This document shows, in pieces, positions 12,484 through 24,798 of a DNA stretch of 64,000 nucleotides. Below the pieces are notes generated by a model that did no database searches, had not been told where the DNA came from, and worked only from the letters and a program-made list of their open reading frames with translations. The translations under genes and the position numbers were made by a program. Source of the DNA: Macrostomum hystrix (taxonomy: Eukaryota > Animalia > Platyhelminthes); NCBI GenBank assembly GCA_950097015.1, contig CATNEN010000001.1, positions 8,990,001 through 9,054,000 on the forward strand. Direction: 5' to 3'. How positions within the stretch are numbered: the first letter of the stretch is position 1; every line of letters begins with the position of its first letter.

Positions 12484-13189
12484 CTATTTATTTTTTAAAG
12501 TTGTAAGCGCGTAGTTATGACGCTATAGGCCGCCTGTTCGAATATTCGTACATTGGTGAAGGGCTGTCATTATCAAAAAATATACCGATGAAGTCCATAC
12601 ATTCCTATTATGTTTGATGTCCGTGAGTAACAAGCGAGAAAAAATACAATTGCTTCATGGTTTCAGCAAAGTTATAGTAGCTGTCGTAATCTTATAATTA
12701 CTCCATACTTGTGATACCAGTAGAGAACTAGAGTTTGCATCGGTATTTACTCTTGTAATTAGGCTCGTCCGCTTTGTAATAAGATCCTGGAGAGACGATT
12801 GGAAACATTTTTATTGAGAATTAATTTTTCCAGAGGATGAGCACCCTAGGTTTGGGATCTTGAGTTTTGGGAATCTAGGTGTTAGTTTTATGGATTTTGA
12901 ATCAGAAAGAGAGAAGACTGCTTTCGTCTGGGGGAATCCTCTGATTTGCGGATAAAGAATTTCAAAAGGAGGCGGGGGTTTCCATGATCTCTTCGGGAAT
13001 AATAAGAATACTGGTTTCTGCATTATGGCGACTACGTAAACGTTGTGTCCCAGGATACTATACTCACAGAATACAACTCACAAACTAATCAGGAATATTA
13101 AAAGTAGAGAATTTAGAATATGGAGACCGATTTTTGAGAGAGAGGCGGGAACCTTTTTCCTGATCTCTTGGAGAATAATAAAGTTAATA

Positions 13190-13856
13190 ATAAGGATCTT
13201 TTTTCAAGCTAGCCATTTGACACTGCAGCAGATCGTCGACTACATCTACTGGTGGTCTGTGAGAGTCCGCTTGGACGAAATCTAACGCCAGTGTCGCATC
13301 TCGTCGCGCAATGCTGTTGCCGACTGGAGTAACTTCTGTCGAGACATTTGTGCCCAGTACCTGCTGGATCACTTTGTCGAGCTGGGCGGCCCTGGCCGAG
13401 ATGTCGAAGTAGACGAGTCCGAGTTTTTTCATCGCAAATGTTGGAGCCTACCGCAAAGGCCATTGGGTACTGGGAATGGTGGAGCGCGGCACTCAAAAGT
13501 GTATGATAGTGGTCGTCGAAGATCGACAAGCTGCGACACTACTGCCTGTGATCCAACGTTACGTGCTTCCCGGAACAAGAATCATCACGGATGGTTGGGC
13601 TGCGTACAACGAACGCACTGCCAAATCACGCGTCTGTAAACCACCGGCTCCATTTTGTGGACCCCAGGACCCAACGGTTCATACGAACACTATCGAGGGA
13701 ACGTGGGCGCATTGCAGGGCGAAGTTTCGCAACATGTACGGGACGAGTGACGGTCTATTCGAAACTCGTCTGCAGGAATTTCTGTGGCGCCGTCTATATC
13801 CACGGAATGTGTTTGGCAACTTTCTCTACTGGGTGTCACATTATTATCCCCTCTAA
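13190..13856 (+). pseudogene. Merlin/IS1595-family (ISXO2-like DDE) transposase, frameshifted
   Basis: SHLTLQQIVDYIYWWS; VEVDES; WVLGMVER; TLLPVIQRYVLPGTRIITDGWAAY; HTNTIEGTW; QEFLWRR. Confidence 0.9.
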
Positions 13857-14451
13857 TTATCTTTCTCGTGACTTCGAACTCTAATTTGAACTTTTTTGGT
13901 GGTGGGTTATCTTTTCTGAACTTCTCTGACTACGGTTTGACGTAATCTCTAATAACTTGTCGCTTTTTTTAATTAAAATAATATAACGAAAAAAACATAG
14001 CTATGCCGACAAACTCTATATACAGATTAGTGCAGTACATACGGCCGCTAAAGAAAGCGAATATTATGTGCTGTAGTCTGCTGAGCAGCCTCCAGGCCAT
14101 CTGTGGAGTCAGCGCTGCCCTAGTGCTGTGGGAGGGCTTGGGAGTAGGAAGTCTGCGGTTAACCATGCACACTCACCTCCGCTCCGTTTGTTTCAATAAA
14201 TTGAATTAAAAAATAAATAAAATGTGATTTAAGGGCGATTTTTACATCGTTTACAGCAGGCGGTCAAGCGCCCTGCTGGTACTTCATCCGGGCCGGCACA
14301 TAAAAGACAGCACACGGCTGTGCAGGTGGTGCCTGACACCGCAAACGCCTGCGTACAGGCACGGAGACCAATGATAAGCAGCAGCAGCAGTGGCTCAAAC
14401 GAGGCCCAAGCAGATCCGGATGAGGATCTCTAGGCCGAGTTGCAGTAGGGC

Positions 14452-14935
14452 ATGTCTTCAGACGATGAAGGTATGTCTGATCCTGACTCGGACCAGGAAC
14501 CGGAGAAGTATTTAGAGGCGGAAGGTCCTGCGGCGCCTCCGACGTTTGATTTACCTCTGCCGCAAAGCTCATCATCCAGTGAGGATGCGGAGGAGCCAGG
14601 ACGGCACAGACGGAGGCGCCCAGAGGCGCGCCCAGTGGGGCCTGCGAGCTCCAGAACGGGTGGCGGCCACCCAGGCGGTGGCTGAATCCCTGGCTCGGGC
14701 CGCACGGGGACAGCTGGACGAGGGCTGGCCGGCTGCTGCGCAGCGCGCATTCATGGAGGAGCAGCGGGCAACGCGGCAAGATATGCTTCATGAGGCGGCG
14801 GCTCGAGCAGAGCAGATGGTCGGAGGCCCGGCCAGGACACCAAAGCATCTGGTGGCCCGTTATGGGCAAGCGGTAGTAGAGTTATTAGAGGGGGCGTGGT
14901 ACCCCGAGCCCCTCGTGAGGATGTCAAGATTTTGA
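14452..14935 (+). pseudogene. Conserved small ORF (acidic N-terminus, helical C-terminus) upstream of AlkB-LINE copy 2; probably one frameshift
   Basis: ORFs 14452..14685 and 14546..14935 overlap; the C-terminal part is homologous to 2658-2770. Confidence 0.5.
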
Positions 14936-16174
14936 AGGGTCCGAGGGTTGCCGTCTGACGTTCCGACAGGTCATGAATGTTGTAGTATGTTCTGGCGCCT
15001 CCTTTAGGAATTGCTTACTTATCATGACTGTTGTAGTGTGTTTCTGTTTGTTTTGTTCCTTGTTTTAGGAGTTGTATACTTATTCAGATGAATACGAAGT
15101 AGTTGATTTGTTCTCCTTTCCTTTGTAGTATAAACTTGTTCTGTAGTATCGATCCTTTTGTGAAATATTGTTTTTGAAGAATGGAATTTCTGGTTTAAAT
15201 ATAAGGAAGGAAAGTTACGTGAGTTTTGATCATGTGCGGCTGACGGCCAGCCGGTGTTGACCGTCATCCTTTAGCTCGAGGAGAATGATGTGCTGTAGTC
15301 TGCTGAGCAGCCTCCAGACAATCTGTGGAGTCAGCGCTGCCCTAGTTCTGTGGGAGGGCTTGGGAGTAGGAAGTCTGCAGTTTCCCGTGCACACAATCGC
15401 TCAAATGCTCCTACTATAAGTAGAGCAGAGTCTGACAAATACACCGGATGGTGTTAGCATTGTGGCAGCACACTTTCTCTACTTAGATGGCACATCTAGG
15501 ACTGTTTTTCTTCATGCGTATATTACGTCAGTTTTCGAACCTCTGACCTTTCTCACTTTAGGTGCACGTCCAAGCACAGTGTGTCAAGAAATATCCAGAC
15601 AGAACCGTCTCCAAGCTTGACAAGCTAGTTTATACTCTTGTGAGTAACCCACCCTTAGGGCCTTAGGCTAGGTAGCTTTCCTCCTCCTCCTCCTTTTATT
15701 AGGAGGCTTTTTCTCTCCTCATTAGAGGAGCTCTCTCCCTGCGCCTTGCCGCGCCCCTTGCCCCTTTGCCCCTGCGCCTTAATGCGCCCCTTGCCCGTGC
15801 CCCGCTGCGCCTTGCTGCGCCTGTGCCCCCCCGTCCCCTTGCCTGTGCCCTCTGCCCCCCTTGCCTGTCCGTGCCCCCTTGTCTGTGGACTACGCTTTCC
15901 CACGCGTAACTCCGCTGCGTTAGTCAACCCGTCACCTGTGCTTGGTCCCCTCTCTTCTTTCTCTATCCTTACTCTAGTACCTCTCTCCTGTTCACCTGTA
16001 TCTTGCATCACTCTTCACTCTCTGCTCTACCGACGCGACATCTAGCATTTAGAAATAAAGTTTTAAGGCATTTATGTGCAGTTTTGCGTTTTAATAAATA
16101 AATAAGTAGTATATACAGTTTTATACAGTTTTATTTTAATTAATTTATAAACAATTAGAATAGATAGAATAGAC

Positions 16175-17756
16175 ATGCAGCAAAACAACAACAATAAGAA
16201 AACCCAACACCAAAATCAACAACAACAACAAAAGGACAAGCGCCAACGCCAATCGACCAATGCGACGACCAAGGCTGTCCAAGAACCTGATGACAAAAAA
16301 GCTAGAAGACAATCCAGCCAATCCAGCATACCGAAGCCAATTCAGGCTGAAGCTAGCACAATTCCAAAATCAGCCGACAAAGTAAGTCCAATGGACACCT
16401 CCAGTAATTCCTCCAGTAGGCCTTCTTCAGTAGAACAGGCACAGCCGTCTGAAGGTGTTCCATCTCAATCTCAACCTCAATCTAGCAACTACGATCATCC
16501 TCTTATCTCAACAAAAGGCTTCTTCTCCAAACTCATCATCGGCAACACCTGTCCAATCTCATACTATCCGCACGCATTCAAGGATATCGCCAACGACCTT
16601 CTTACCACTCTTACTGCTGAAATTCTGCCTCTTGACTCACGCCATCACACCAACGGACGAGCTGAACCTCGCAAAATCTTTTGGTATGGCCCGCCTTATA
16701 TGTACTCTGGTGAAACGATCCAGGGCAACTCTAACTGGCATCCGATAGTATCCAATCTTGCTAATCTCCTACACACTCAACTAGGACTTCCAGCCTTCAA
16801 CTCTTGTCTACTAAATTTCTATGAAAATGGCAACGAGTCTATTGGTTACCACTCAGACGACGAACCTGAGTTGGGCCAAAATCCAACAATTGCATCAATC
16901 TCTATCAGAGCACCACGTGAATTTCGCATCCGCTCAAAAGAATCTGGTCTCTCTCTCTCTTCACACAAACTCTTGCACACGGATCGCTTCTCATAATGAA
17001 AGGCGACACCCAAACTCACACACAGCACGCTCTTCCTCGTGATCCATCAATCAAAGATCTCCGCATCAATCTTACCTTCCGCGTCACAAATCCAGCAATT
17101 CACGACATCACAATTCTCCAAGGTCAAGGCAACTCTGACCCTGAGTCAGCTCCTCCAATTCCAAGTCCAAGCAATGATCCAGCCAGCTTCGCTGCTGCTA
17201 CTGCAACATCTGATGGTTACTCCTTTCACTCTGTTGCCGGTTCTCGCCACTCATCACCACGCAACCAATCTCAACCACAAGCCAAGACAGCACCCATACT
17301 TTTCACCTTCACGAACGTTCTCCCGGGGACGAGCTCCGCTTTGAGAAATTCATGAAAGAGAACTTTCCAAATATCCGGATCCGCTCCGTCCAACGGTGTT
17401 ATCTGACAAATGGCTATAAGGTTTTCGCCGTCGACCACCAGGGAGCACATCACCTTCTGACTGATGTGCTCAAAACCAACACCATTGAAGGTCAGGGTGT
17501 TGAGCGCCGCCTGCCCTTGCGCAAGCCGGATGCTCCACCGAACTCAAAGCCACGCCTTCCGACAGCCAGCCACGCGGTCGCCTGTATGCTGGTCCACTTC
17601 GCATATGCCAGTCCTGGGCAGCGAAGCGTGGCTAGCCTAGTTGAGACTGCGGCCAAGCTTGTTGAGGCCATCACCGGCTGGTCATCGCCGGAGCTAACGA
17701 CAGCTGTCATTGCGGAGAGGTGTGAAAAACTTAAAGATGATTTATTAAATTTGTAA
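16175..17756 (+). pseudogene. Non-LTR retrotransposon ORF1 with AlkB domain; copy 2, frameshifted, zinc-knuckle region absent
   Basis: FNSCLLNFYENGNESIGYHSDDEPELGQNPTIASIS, HGSLLIMKGDTQ...QHALP and RINLTFR; downstream ENFPNIRIRSVQRC...GYKVFA...VERRLP aligns with copy 1. Confidence 0.88.
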
Positions 17757-17892
17757 ATTCTTTCGGACAATTGCCGTAGCAAAGCCAAAAATGAAAATAA
17801 AGACTCCCTCCCACTCCCACAAAAAACTAGAAAGGCGAGAGTAACAACAATAACAATTTCAAAGTAGAAGAACTTACCATTCTCCACCTAAA

Positions 17893-19365
17893 TTGCAACA
17901 GTATTCTCAACAAAATCTGGAACTCAATGACTTCTTGAGAGGTCAATACATTGATATAGCCCTCTTCTCAGAGACGGTCCTCACCAGCTCGAACATAATC
18001 TTTTTCCCGGCTACTCCACCATTCGGTTGGACATGCCACACTGTAGCCGAGGTCTCCTCGTGGCCTATAGAGAGTATATCAAACTGTCAGAAGTTAAAGT
18101 CTCGTACTACAATGTCAACCATGAAATTATTTCTTTAAAAGTCCAGACCAGTGACCCATAGCTTGACTTTCTAAACGTCACGCTTATATACAGAAACCCA
18201 AGACATGACAACCTCAACCTCACCCTCCTTGGTTCTCTCCTAACCAATCCCCATAGTCTAATTCTTGGGGACCTCAACTGCCGCTTCAGTGCCCTTGAAG
18301 GCCACAGCAGTGAAAACTATGCAGGGAGACAACTCCTTAGATGGCTAGCCAACCACGACAGCGCGCCAATCATTTTAAATGAACCAGGCGTCCCCACCCG
18401 ATACCTCAGTAGATCTGGCACCCTTACAGGCAATATTCTAGACCTAGGTCTTTGCTCACCAGACTTAGCACCTTTTATCACCGACTTCCAAATCCTAGAC
18501 GATCTTGGCAGTGACCACCTCCCCCTAGTAACCAAAATCGCTGTCAAACCCAAAAATAAACAACCAATTAAACCACCCAGATGTTATAATAAAACTGACT
18601 GGGAACAGTTCCACCTCACACTTGATGACAACATCTCAGCCATCTGGGACAACAACTTCAACCCAAAAACCCCTGCCGAAATTGACAACTCCATTGAAAT
18701 GCTAAACGATATAATTCATCTCACTATAGACAAAGTGGTCCCAAGGTCCTCTCCTAGAGAGACCCTCCCACCCAACATAGTCCAACTCATAAAAGCCCGC
18801 AGAAGGTTTAGAAAATTATTCTACACCACCCGAATTGATGACTTCCGACTACAGGCCAATAAAATGGTAACCCAAATTAGAAACGAAATATGGCACTTTC
18901 GCAACCAAAAATTTAACACCTTATGTGAGAAAATTGCAGACCTTAGTTTAAACCCCAGCAACTCCAAATTCTGGAAAGACATAAAAATTATCATGGGCAC
19001 TAAAACCTAAATCACCCAATTCCCTTCTCTCACCTATCTCAACAAAACTGTCATCACTGATAAGGACAAAGCCAACTTGTTGGCTGAAGCCCTATCAGAC
19101 AAAATGAAACCCAAACCCAGTTCAAACAACAGACTCAGAACCAAGATAGCCAAACACATCACAAATCATCCAAATTTCAAACCTCTAAATCACCTTGAAA
19201 CTCCCAACATCAATGACTCTATCTCACTGCGCCCATCCAAATCGCTGATGTCACCTGGGAACTCGCCCACCTTAGATCAGGAGGAGCCCAAGGTCCAGAC
19301 AACATACCTAACATAGTACTCAAACGGGGCTTGAGCCCCACTACAATAATCTTTCTCACCAAAAG
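17893..19365 (+). pseudogene. Non-LTR ORF2: APE endonuclease and start of RT, decayed and 3'-truncated
   Basis: IDIALFSET, LILGDLNC, NEPGVPTR, ILDLGL, DLGSDHLP (APE); AQGPDNIPNIVLK (pre-RT GPD motif). Confidence 0.85.
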
Positions 19366-20069
19366 TTTAATAAAATATATACTCTTTGAGGGCCCAATTG
19401 ATTAATAACCCCGGTGGGACAGCTTTTTGGGGCGCAGAGTGGGGCGCCGTGCGCCCCGCTATACGCCCAGCCGGCGCCGGGGCGCATGGTGATTTTCCTA
19501 TACGCCTCCCGCCGCCTGGGCGCATAGTGATTTTCCTATACGCCCTTGCTATACACCTCCCGCCGCCTGGGCGCACGGTTTTGTAAACATCACTTTTTAC
19601 GCGGTTTTTTTTCTTTTCGTGTAGTACACGTGACTTATGGTTGCAGAAAAATATTATTTCACCTTTAACATGTCTAGTTGCTCTTAAATTTGGAAATATT
19701 GTTTGCATCATCTTCGAAATTTTCTACTAAATTTTCCAACTTTTTTTTCGTATGCGAAAATATTTGGAGGAAGATTAATTCGCCATGTGCTACTATTAGT
19801 AGAAACGATAGGATACTGTTTCAGTCATATCCTATAGCTCATTCTTTCCGAAAGACCTGCTCATGTAGACTGAAATTATATGACTCTGCATGACAACTTA
19901 GTATAATAGCTAGCTAGTATATAAATTAACATGGTTGCTTCTAATTTTCAATTTCCTCTACATTTATCATAGAGCATAGGGACTCAAAATTCGTCGAGAT
20001 CAATCTGGATTAAGGCAGGTCCCAAAATCGATTCCGTGCCTTCCCTAGAATCCCTAGATTCCCTAGATT

Positions 20070-20290
20070 AGTAGGGTGAGAGGGAGATCAGTAGGGTGAG
20101 ATGGAGAGCAGGTATGGTGAAAGGGGGATCATGTAGGGTGAGAGGGAGAGCAGTAGGCTGAGAGTAAGTGTGGTAGTAATATGCAGTAGAGTGAGAGGAA
20201 GTGGGATAGTGAGATGCAGTAGAGTGAGAGGAAGTGTGGTAGTGAGATGCAGTAGAGTGAGGGGAAGTGGGGTAGTGAGATGTAGTAGAA
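20070..20290 (+). repeat. Degenerate GTAGAGTGAG-rich minisatellite
   Basis: Repeated GTAG(A/G)GTGAG(A/G)GG units. Confidence 0.7.
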
Positions 20291-21479
20291 TGTTTAAATT
20301 TTAATTACGATTAATTTCATTAATGCCATTAATGGCATGAGAAGTCAGAAAGAGATCAAAGAAAATATTTGAGACAGAAAGAGTTTAAATTTTTAGTTTC
20401 GCATTAGTTGATTTCTCTCGTAGGCACCAGTTAAGTTTGGCATGCTTAGTCACTCTTCAAACTGACCATATATTTATAGACATATATTTGTTTTAAGATT
20501 TGTATTAGTTAATTAAAATGTTTGAAACAACGAAATGAACTAAGCCTTCATCCCGCATGTGTTCAGTCGGTATACAACAAGTAAAAATTTAAAGCTCAGT
20601 TTAATGACAACCCAGATCCTCAGTTTGGTGACAATCCCAGATCCTTAATGTGCCAACGAGACACTGCTCTAGAGTTCTGGTGAGCTTTAAAACTGTGACT
20701 GTACGTCACTTTTCGCTGCTTTCTAAATAGCTTTATTGCCAACATGTACATGCGTGAACGCATGTCTTTCCTTTACATTTTCGGTGCTAGAAAACGTCTC
20801 TATCCCTGCTCCGCTGATTTCCGTTCTAGAAACTTCTTATCAGTCCTAGCTGTCATGCTCAGCTCGAACGGCAATTCCCAGCTCTGTTTGTTCATGTGCT
20901 GCTCTAAAAATAGCACTGGGAAAGTCGCATGCATGCAATATCCCATTGCTCATAGAGCCCGGGATTTTCTAGGTGACTTTCCAGGTTAATAAGTTCGAGT
21001 GGAAATCATTTAAAATCATGAAACCAACTCAGTCGTGTAGGAAATCATTTCTAGATAGATTTTCAATTGAATCCGACTCGATAAACTGTGCTCAAATCTA
21101 TTGGGACACCGACGACAGCCATATAGTACTGACATAGTCAGAGTCAAGATAAAATTTTCTAGGTGACTTTCCAGGTTAATAAGTTCGAGTGGAAATCATT
21201 TGAGAATAGAAACCAACTCAGTCGTGTAGGAAATCATTTCTAGATAGATTTTCAATTGAATCCGACCCGATAAAGTTTGGCATGCTTATAGTCACTCTTT
21301 AACTGAGCATATATTCCGATAAGCTTCTAAGTCTAAGCTTCCGATATGGGCGGCACCGGCCGCCTCCTCGCTGCGTCCGTCATGGAGGCTCCCTGCCGCT
21401 AAGTCAAGTAAGTCAAGAGCATATATTTATTTAATTATTGATTTATTTAATGGTTTGTATTAGTTAATTAAAAAAATTT

Positions 21480-24310
21480 AAGCAATTAAATGAACTAAGT
21501 CTTGATACAACACTGATACAACACAACAACAATGATACAACATTGATACGATACAACGATACAATGATACAACAATATATAAACATTTAAAGCTCAGTTC
21601 AATGACAATCCCAGATCCTCAGTTTGGTTACAATCCCAGATTGGTGATAATCCCCCAGATAAAAAGTTTTAAACAATGAAATGAACTAAGCATTGATACA
21701 ACACTGATACAACACAACAACAATGATACAACATTGATACGATACAACGATACAATGATACAACAATTTATAAAAATTTAAAGCTCAGTTTAATGACAAT
21801 TATCCCAGATCCTCAGTTTGGTGACAATCCCAGAACCTCTGTTTGGTGACAATCCCAGATCCTCTGTTTGGGACAATCCCAGATCCTCAGTTTGGTGACA
21901 ATCCCAGATCCTCAGTTTGGGACAATCCCAGATCCTCAGTTTAATGACAATTATCCCAGATCCTCCGTTTGGTTACAATCCCAGATCCTCTGTTTGGTGA
22001 CGATCCCAGATCCTCAGTTTGGGACAATCCCAGATTGGTGATAATCCCCCAGATAAAAAGTTTCAAACAATGAAATGAACTAAGCATTGATACAACACTG
22101 ATACAACACAACAACAAGGATACAACATTGATACGATACAACGATGCAATGATACAACAATATATAAAAATTTAAAGCTCAGTTTAATGACAATTATCCC
22201 AGATCCTCAGTTCGGTTACAATCCCAGATTGGTGATAATCCCCCAGATAAAAAGTTTTAAACAATGAAATGAACTAAGCATTGATACAACACTGATACAA
22301 CACAACAACAATGATACAACATTGATACGATACAACGATACAATGATACAACAATATATAAACATTTAAAGCTCAGTTTAATGACAATTATCCCAGATCC
22401 TCAGTTTGGTTACAATCCCAGATTGGTGATAATCCCCCAGATAAAAAGTTTTAAACAATGAAATGAACTAAGCATTGATACAACACTGATACAACACAAC
22501 AACAATGATACAACATTGATACGATACAACGATACAATGATACAACAATATATAAACATTTAAAGCTCAGTTTAATGACAATTATCCCAGATCCTCAGTT
22601 TGGTGACAATCCCAGATCCTCAGTTTGGTGACAATCCCAGATCCTCAGTTTGGGACAATCCCAGATCCTCAGTTTGGTGACAATCCCAGATCCTCAGTTT
22701 GGGACAATCCAAGATCCTCAGTTTAATGACAATTATCCCAGATCCTCAGTTTGTTGACAATCCCAGATCCTCAGTTTGGTGACAATCCCAGATTCTTAGT
22801 TTCGTGACAATCCCAGATCCTTAGTTTGGTGACAATCCCAGATCCTCAGTTTAATGACAATTATCCCAGATCCTCAGTTTGGTTACAATCCCAGATCCTC
22901 AGTTTAGTGACAACCCCAGATTCTCAGTTTCGTGACAACCCCAGATCCTCAGTTTCGGGACAATCCTAGATCCTCAGGTTAATGACAATTATCCCAGATC
23001 CTCAGTTTGGTGACAATCCCAGATTGGTGATAATCCCAGATTCTTAGTTTCGTGACAATCCCAGATCCTCAGTTTGGTGACAATCCCAGATCCTCAGTTT
23101 GGTTACAATCCCAGATCCTCAGTTTGGTTACAATCCCAGATCCTCTGTTTGGTGACGATCCCAGATCCTCAGTTTGGGACAATCCCAGATTGGTGATAAT
23201 CCCCCAGATAAAAAGTTTCAAACAATGAAATGAACTAAGCATTGATACAACACTGATACAACACAACAACAATGATACAACATTGATACGATACAACGAT
23301 ACAATGATACAACAATATATAAACATTTAAAGCTCAGTTTAATGACAATTATCCCAGATCCTCAGTTTGGTTACAATCCCAGATTGGTGATAATCCCCCA
23401 GATAAAAAGTTTTAAACAATGAAATGAACTAAGCATTGATACAACACTGATACAACACAACAACAATGATACAACATGGATACGATACAACGATACAATG
23501 ATACAACAATATATAAACATTTAAAGCTCAGTTTAATGACAATTATCCCAGATCCTCAGTTTGGTGACAATCCCAGAACCTCAGTTTGGTGACAATCCAA
23601 GATCCTCTGTTTGGGACAATCCCAGATCCTCAGTTTGGTGACAATCCCAGATCCTCAGTTTGGGACAATCCCAGATCCTCAGTTTAATGACAATTATCCC
23701 AGATCCTCAGTTTGGTGACAATCCCAGATCCTCAGTTTGGTGACAATCCCAGATTCTTAGTTTCGTGACAATCCCAGATCCTTAGTTTGGTGACAATCCC
23801 AGATCCTCAGTTTAATGACAATTATCCCAGATCCTCAGTTTGGTTACAATCCCAGATCCTCAGTTTAGTGACAACCCCAGATTCTCAGTTTCGTGACAAC
23901 CCCAGATCCTCAGTTTCGGGACAATCCTAGATCCTCAGTTTAATGACAATTATCCCAGATCCTCAGTTTGGTGACAATCCCAGATTCTTAGTTTCGTGAC
24001 AATCCCAGATCCTCAGTTTGGTGACAATCCCAGATCCTCAGTTTAATGACAATTATCCCAGATCCTCAGTTTGGTTACAATCCCAGATCCTCAGTTTAGT
24101 GACAACCCCAGATTCTCAGTTTCGTGACGACCCCAGATCCTCAGTTTCGGGACAATCCTAGATCCTCAGTTTAATGACAATTATCCCAGATCCTCAGTTT
24201 GGTGACAATCCCAGATCCTCAGTTTGGTGACAATCCCAGATTCTCAGTTTCGTGACAATCCCAGATCCTCAGTTTCGTGACAATCCCAGATCCTCAGTTT
24301 GGGGACAATC
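21480..24310 (+). repeat. Composite satellite: 25-bp TGACAATCCCAGATCCTCAGTTTGG units interspersed with a ~130-bp GATACAAC-rich unit
   Basis: Dozens of 25-bp units in higher-order blocks; the 130-bp unit recurs about 7 times; a short precursor lies at ~20520-20645. Confidence 0.92.
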
Positions 24311-24398
24311 AGTCCATGACAACTAAATAAAAAAACGACGAAACTAATTCACTAAGTTGACTTATGCTGGAATGCCGGATGCTGTTGCCAGGGGCCGG

Positions 24399-24767
24399 TT
24401 ACCAAGGACGCCACACAGGCTGGGCTCCCTCCTGGTCCATCGACTGGCTAGATTCTTCGTCAGTAGACAAAGCCGACACCGTTGATGAGGCCGAAGACTT
24501 GCAGCAGAAGCTCATGGCCGTAGATTGAGTCTTGGCTGAGCCATTCAGCAGCAGCTCCACAGTCAGCTCCAGGATGTCGGCCTTCTCTAGGCGCTTAATC
24601 CGGTACGGTTTTATCACCTTGTTGGCCTGCAGCAGCTCTTTGAGTCTGTCCAAGCTGGCATTAATTCTGGCTCTGCGCTGCTGCTCCATCACCTGCTTGC
24701 TGATTCTCCTATGCTCCATCAACTCTACTAGGCGCGTGGTTCGTGTTTTGTTAATTCGGAGCTCCAT
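24399..24767 (-). CDS. hes: Intronless Hes/E(spl)-like bHLH repressor with C-terminal WRPW and no Orange domain
   Basis: RRISKQVMEQQRRARINASLDRLKELL...RLEKADILELTV (Hes-type bHLH) and terminal VWRPW*; intact ORF. Confidence 0.9.
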   Translation of the reverse strand: MELRINKTRTTRLVELMEHRRISKQVMEQQRRARINASLDRLKELLQANKVIKPYRIKRLEKADILELTVELLLNGSAKTQSTAMSFCCKSSASSTVSALSTDEESSQSMDQEGAQPVWRPW

Positions 24768-24798
24768 CGAAATTTCGAAATCGACCGGCCGTTTATAA

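Noticed and set aside
21480-24310. CRISPR-like appearance of the 25-bp repeats
   Set aside because: Repeats are contiguous or separated by a repeated unit rather than unique spacers; no cas genes; eukaryotic context
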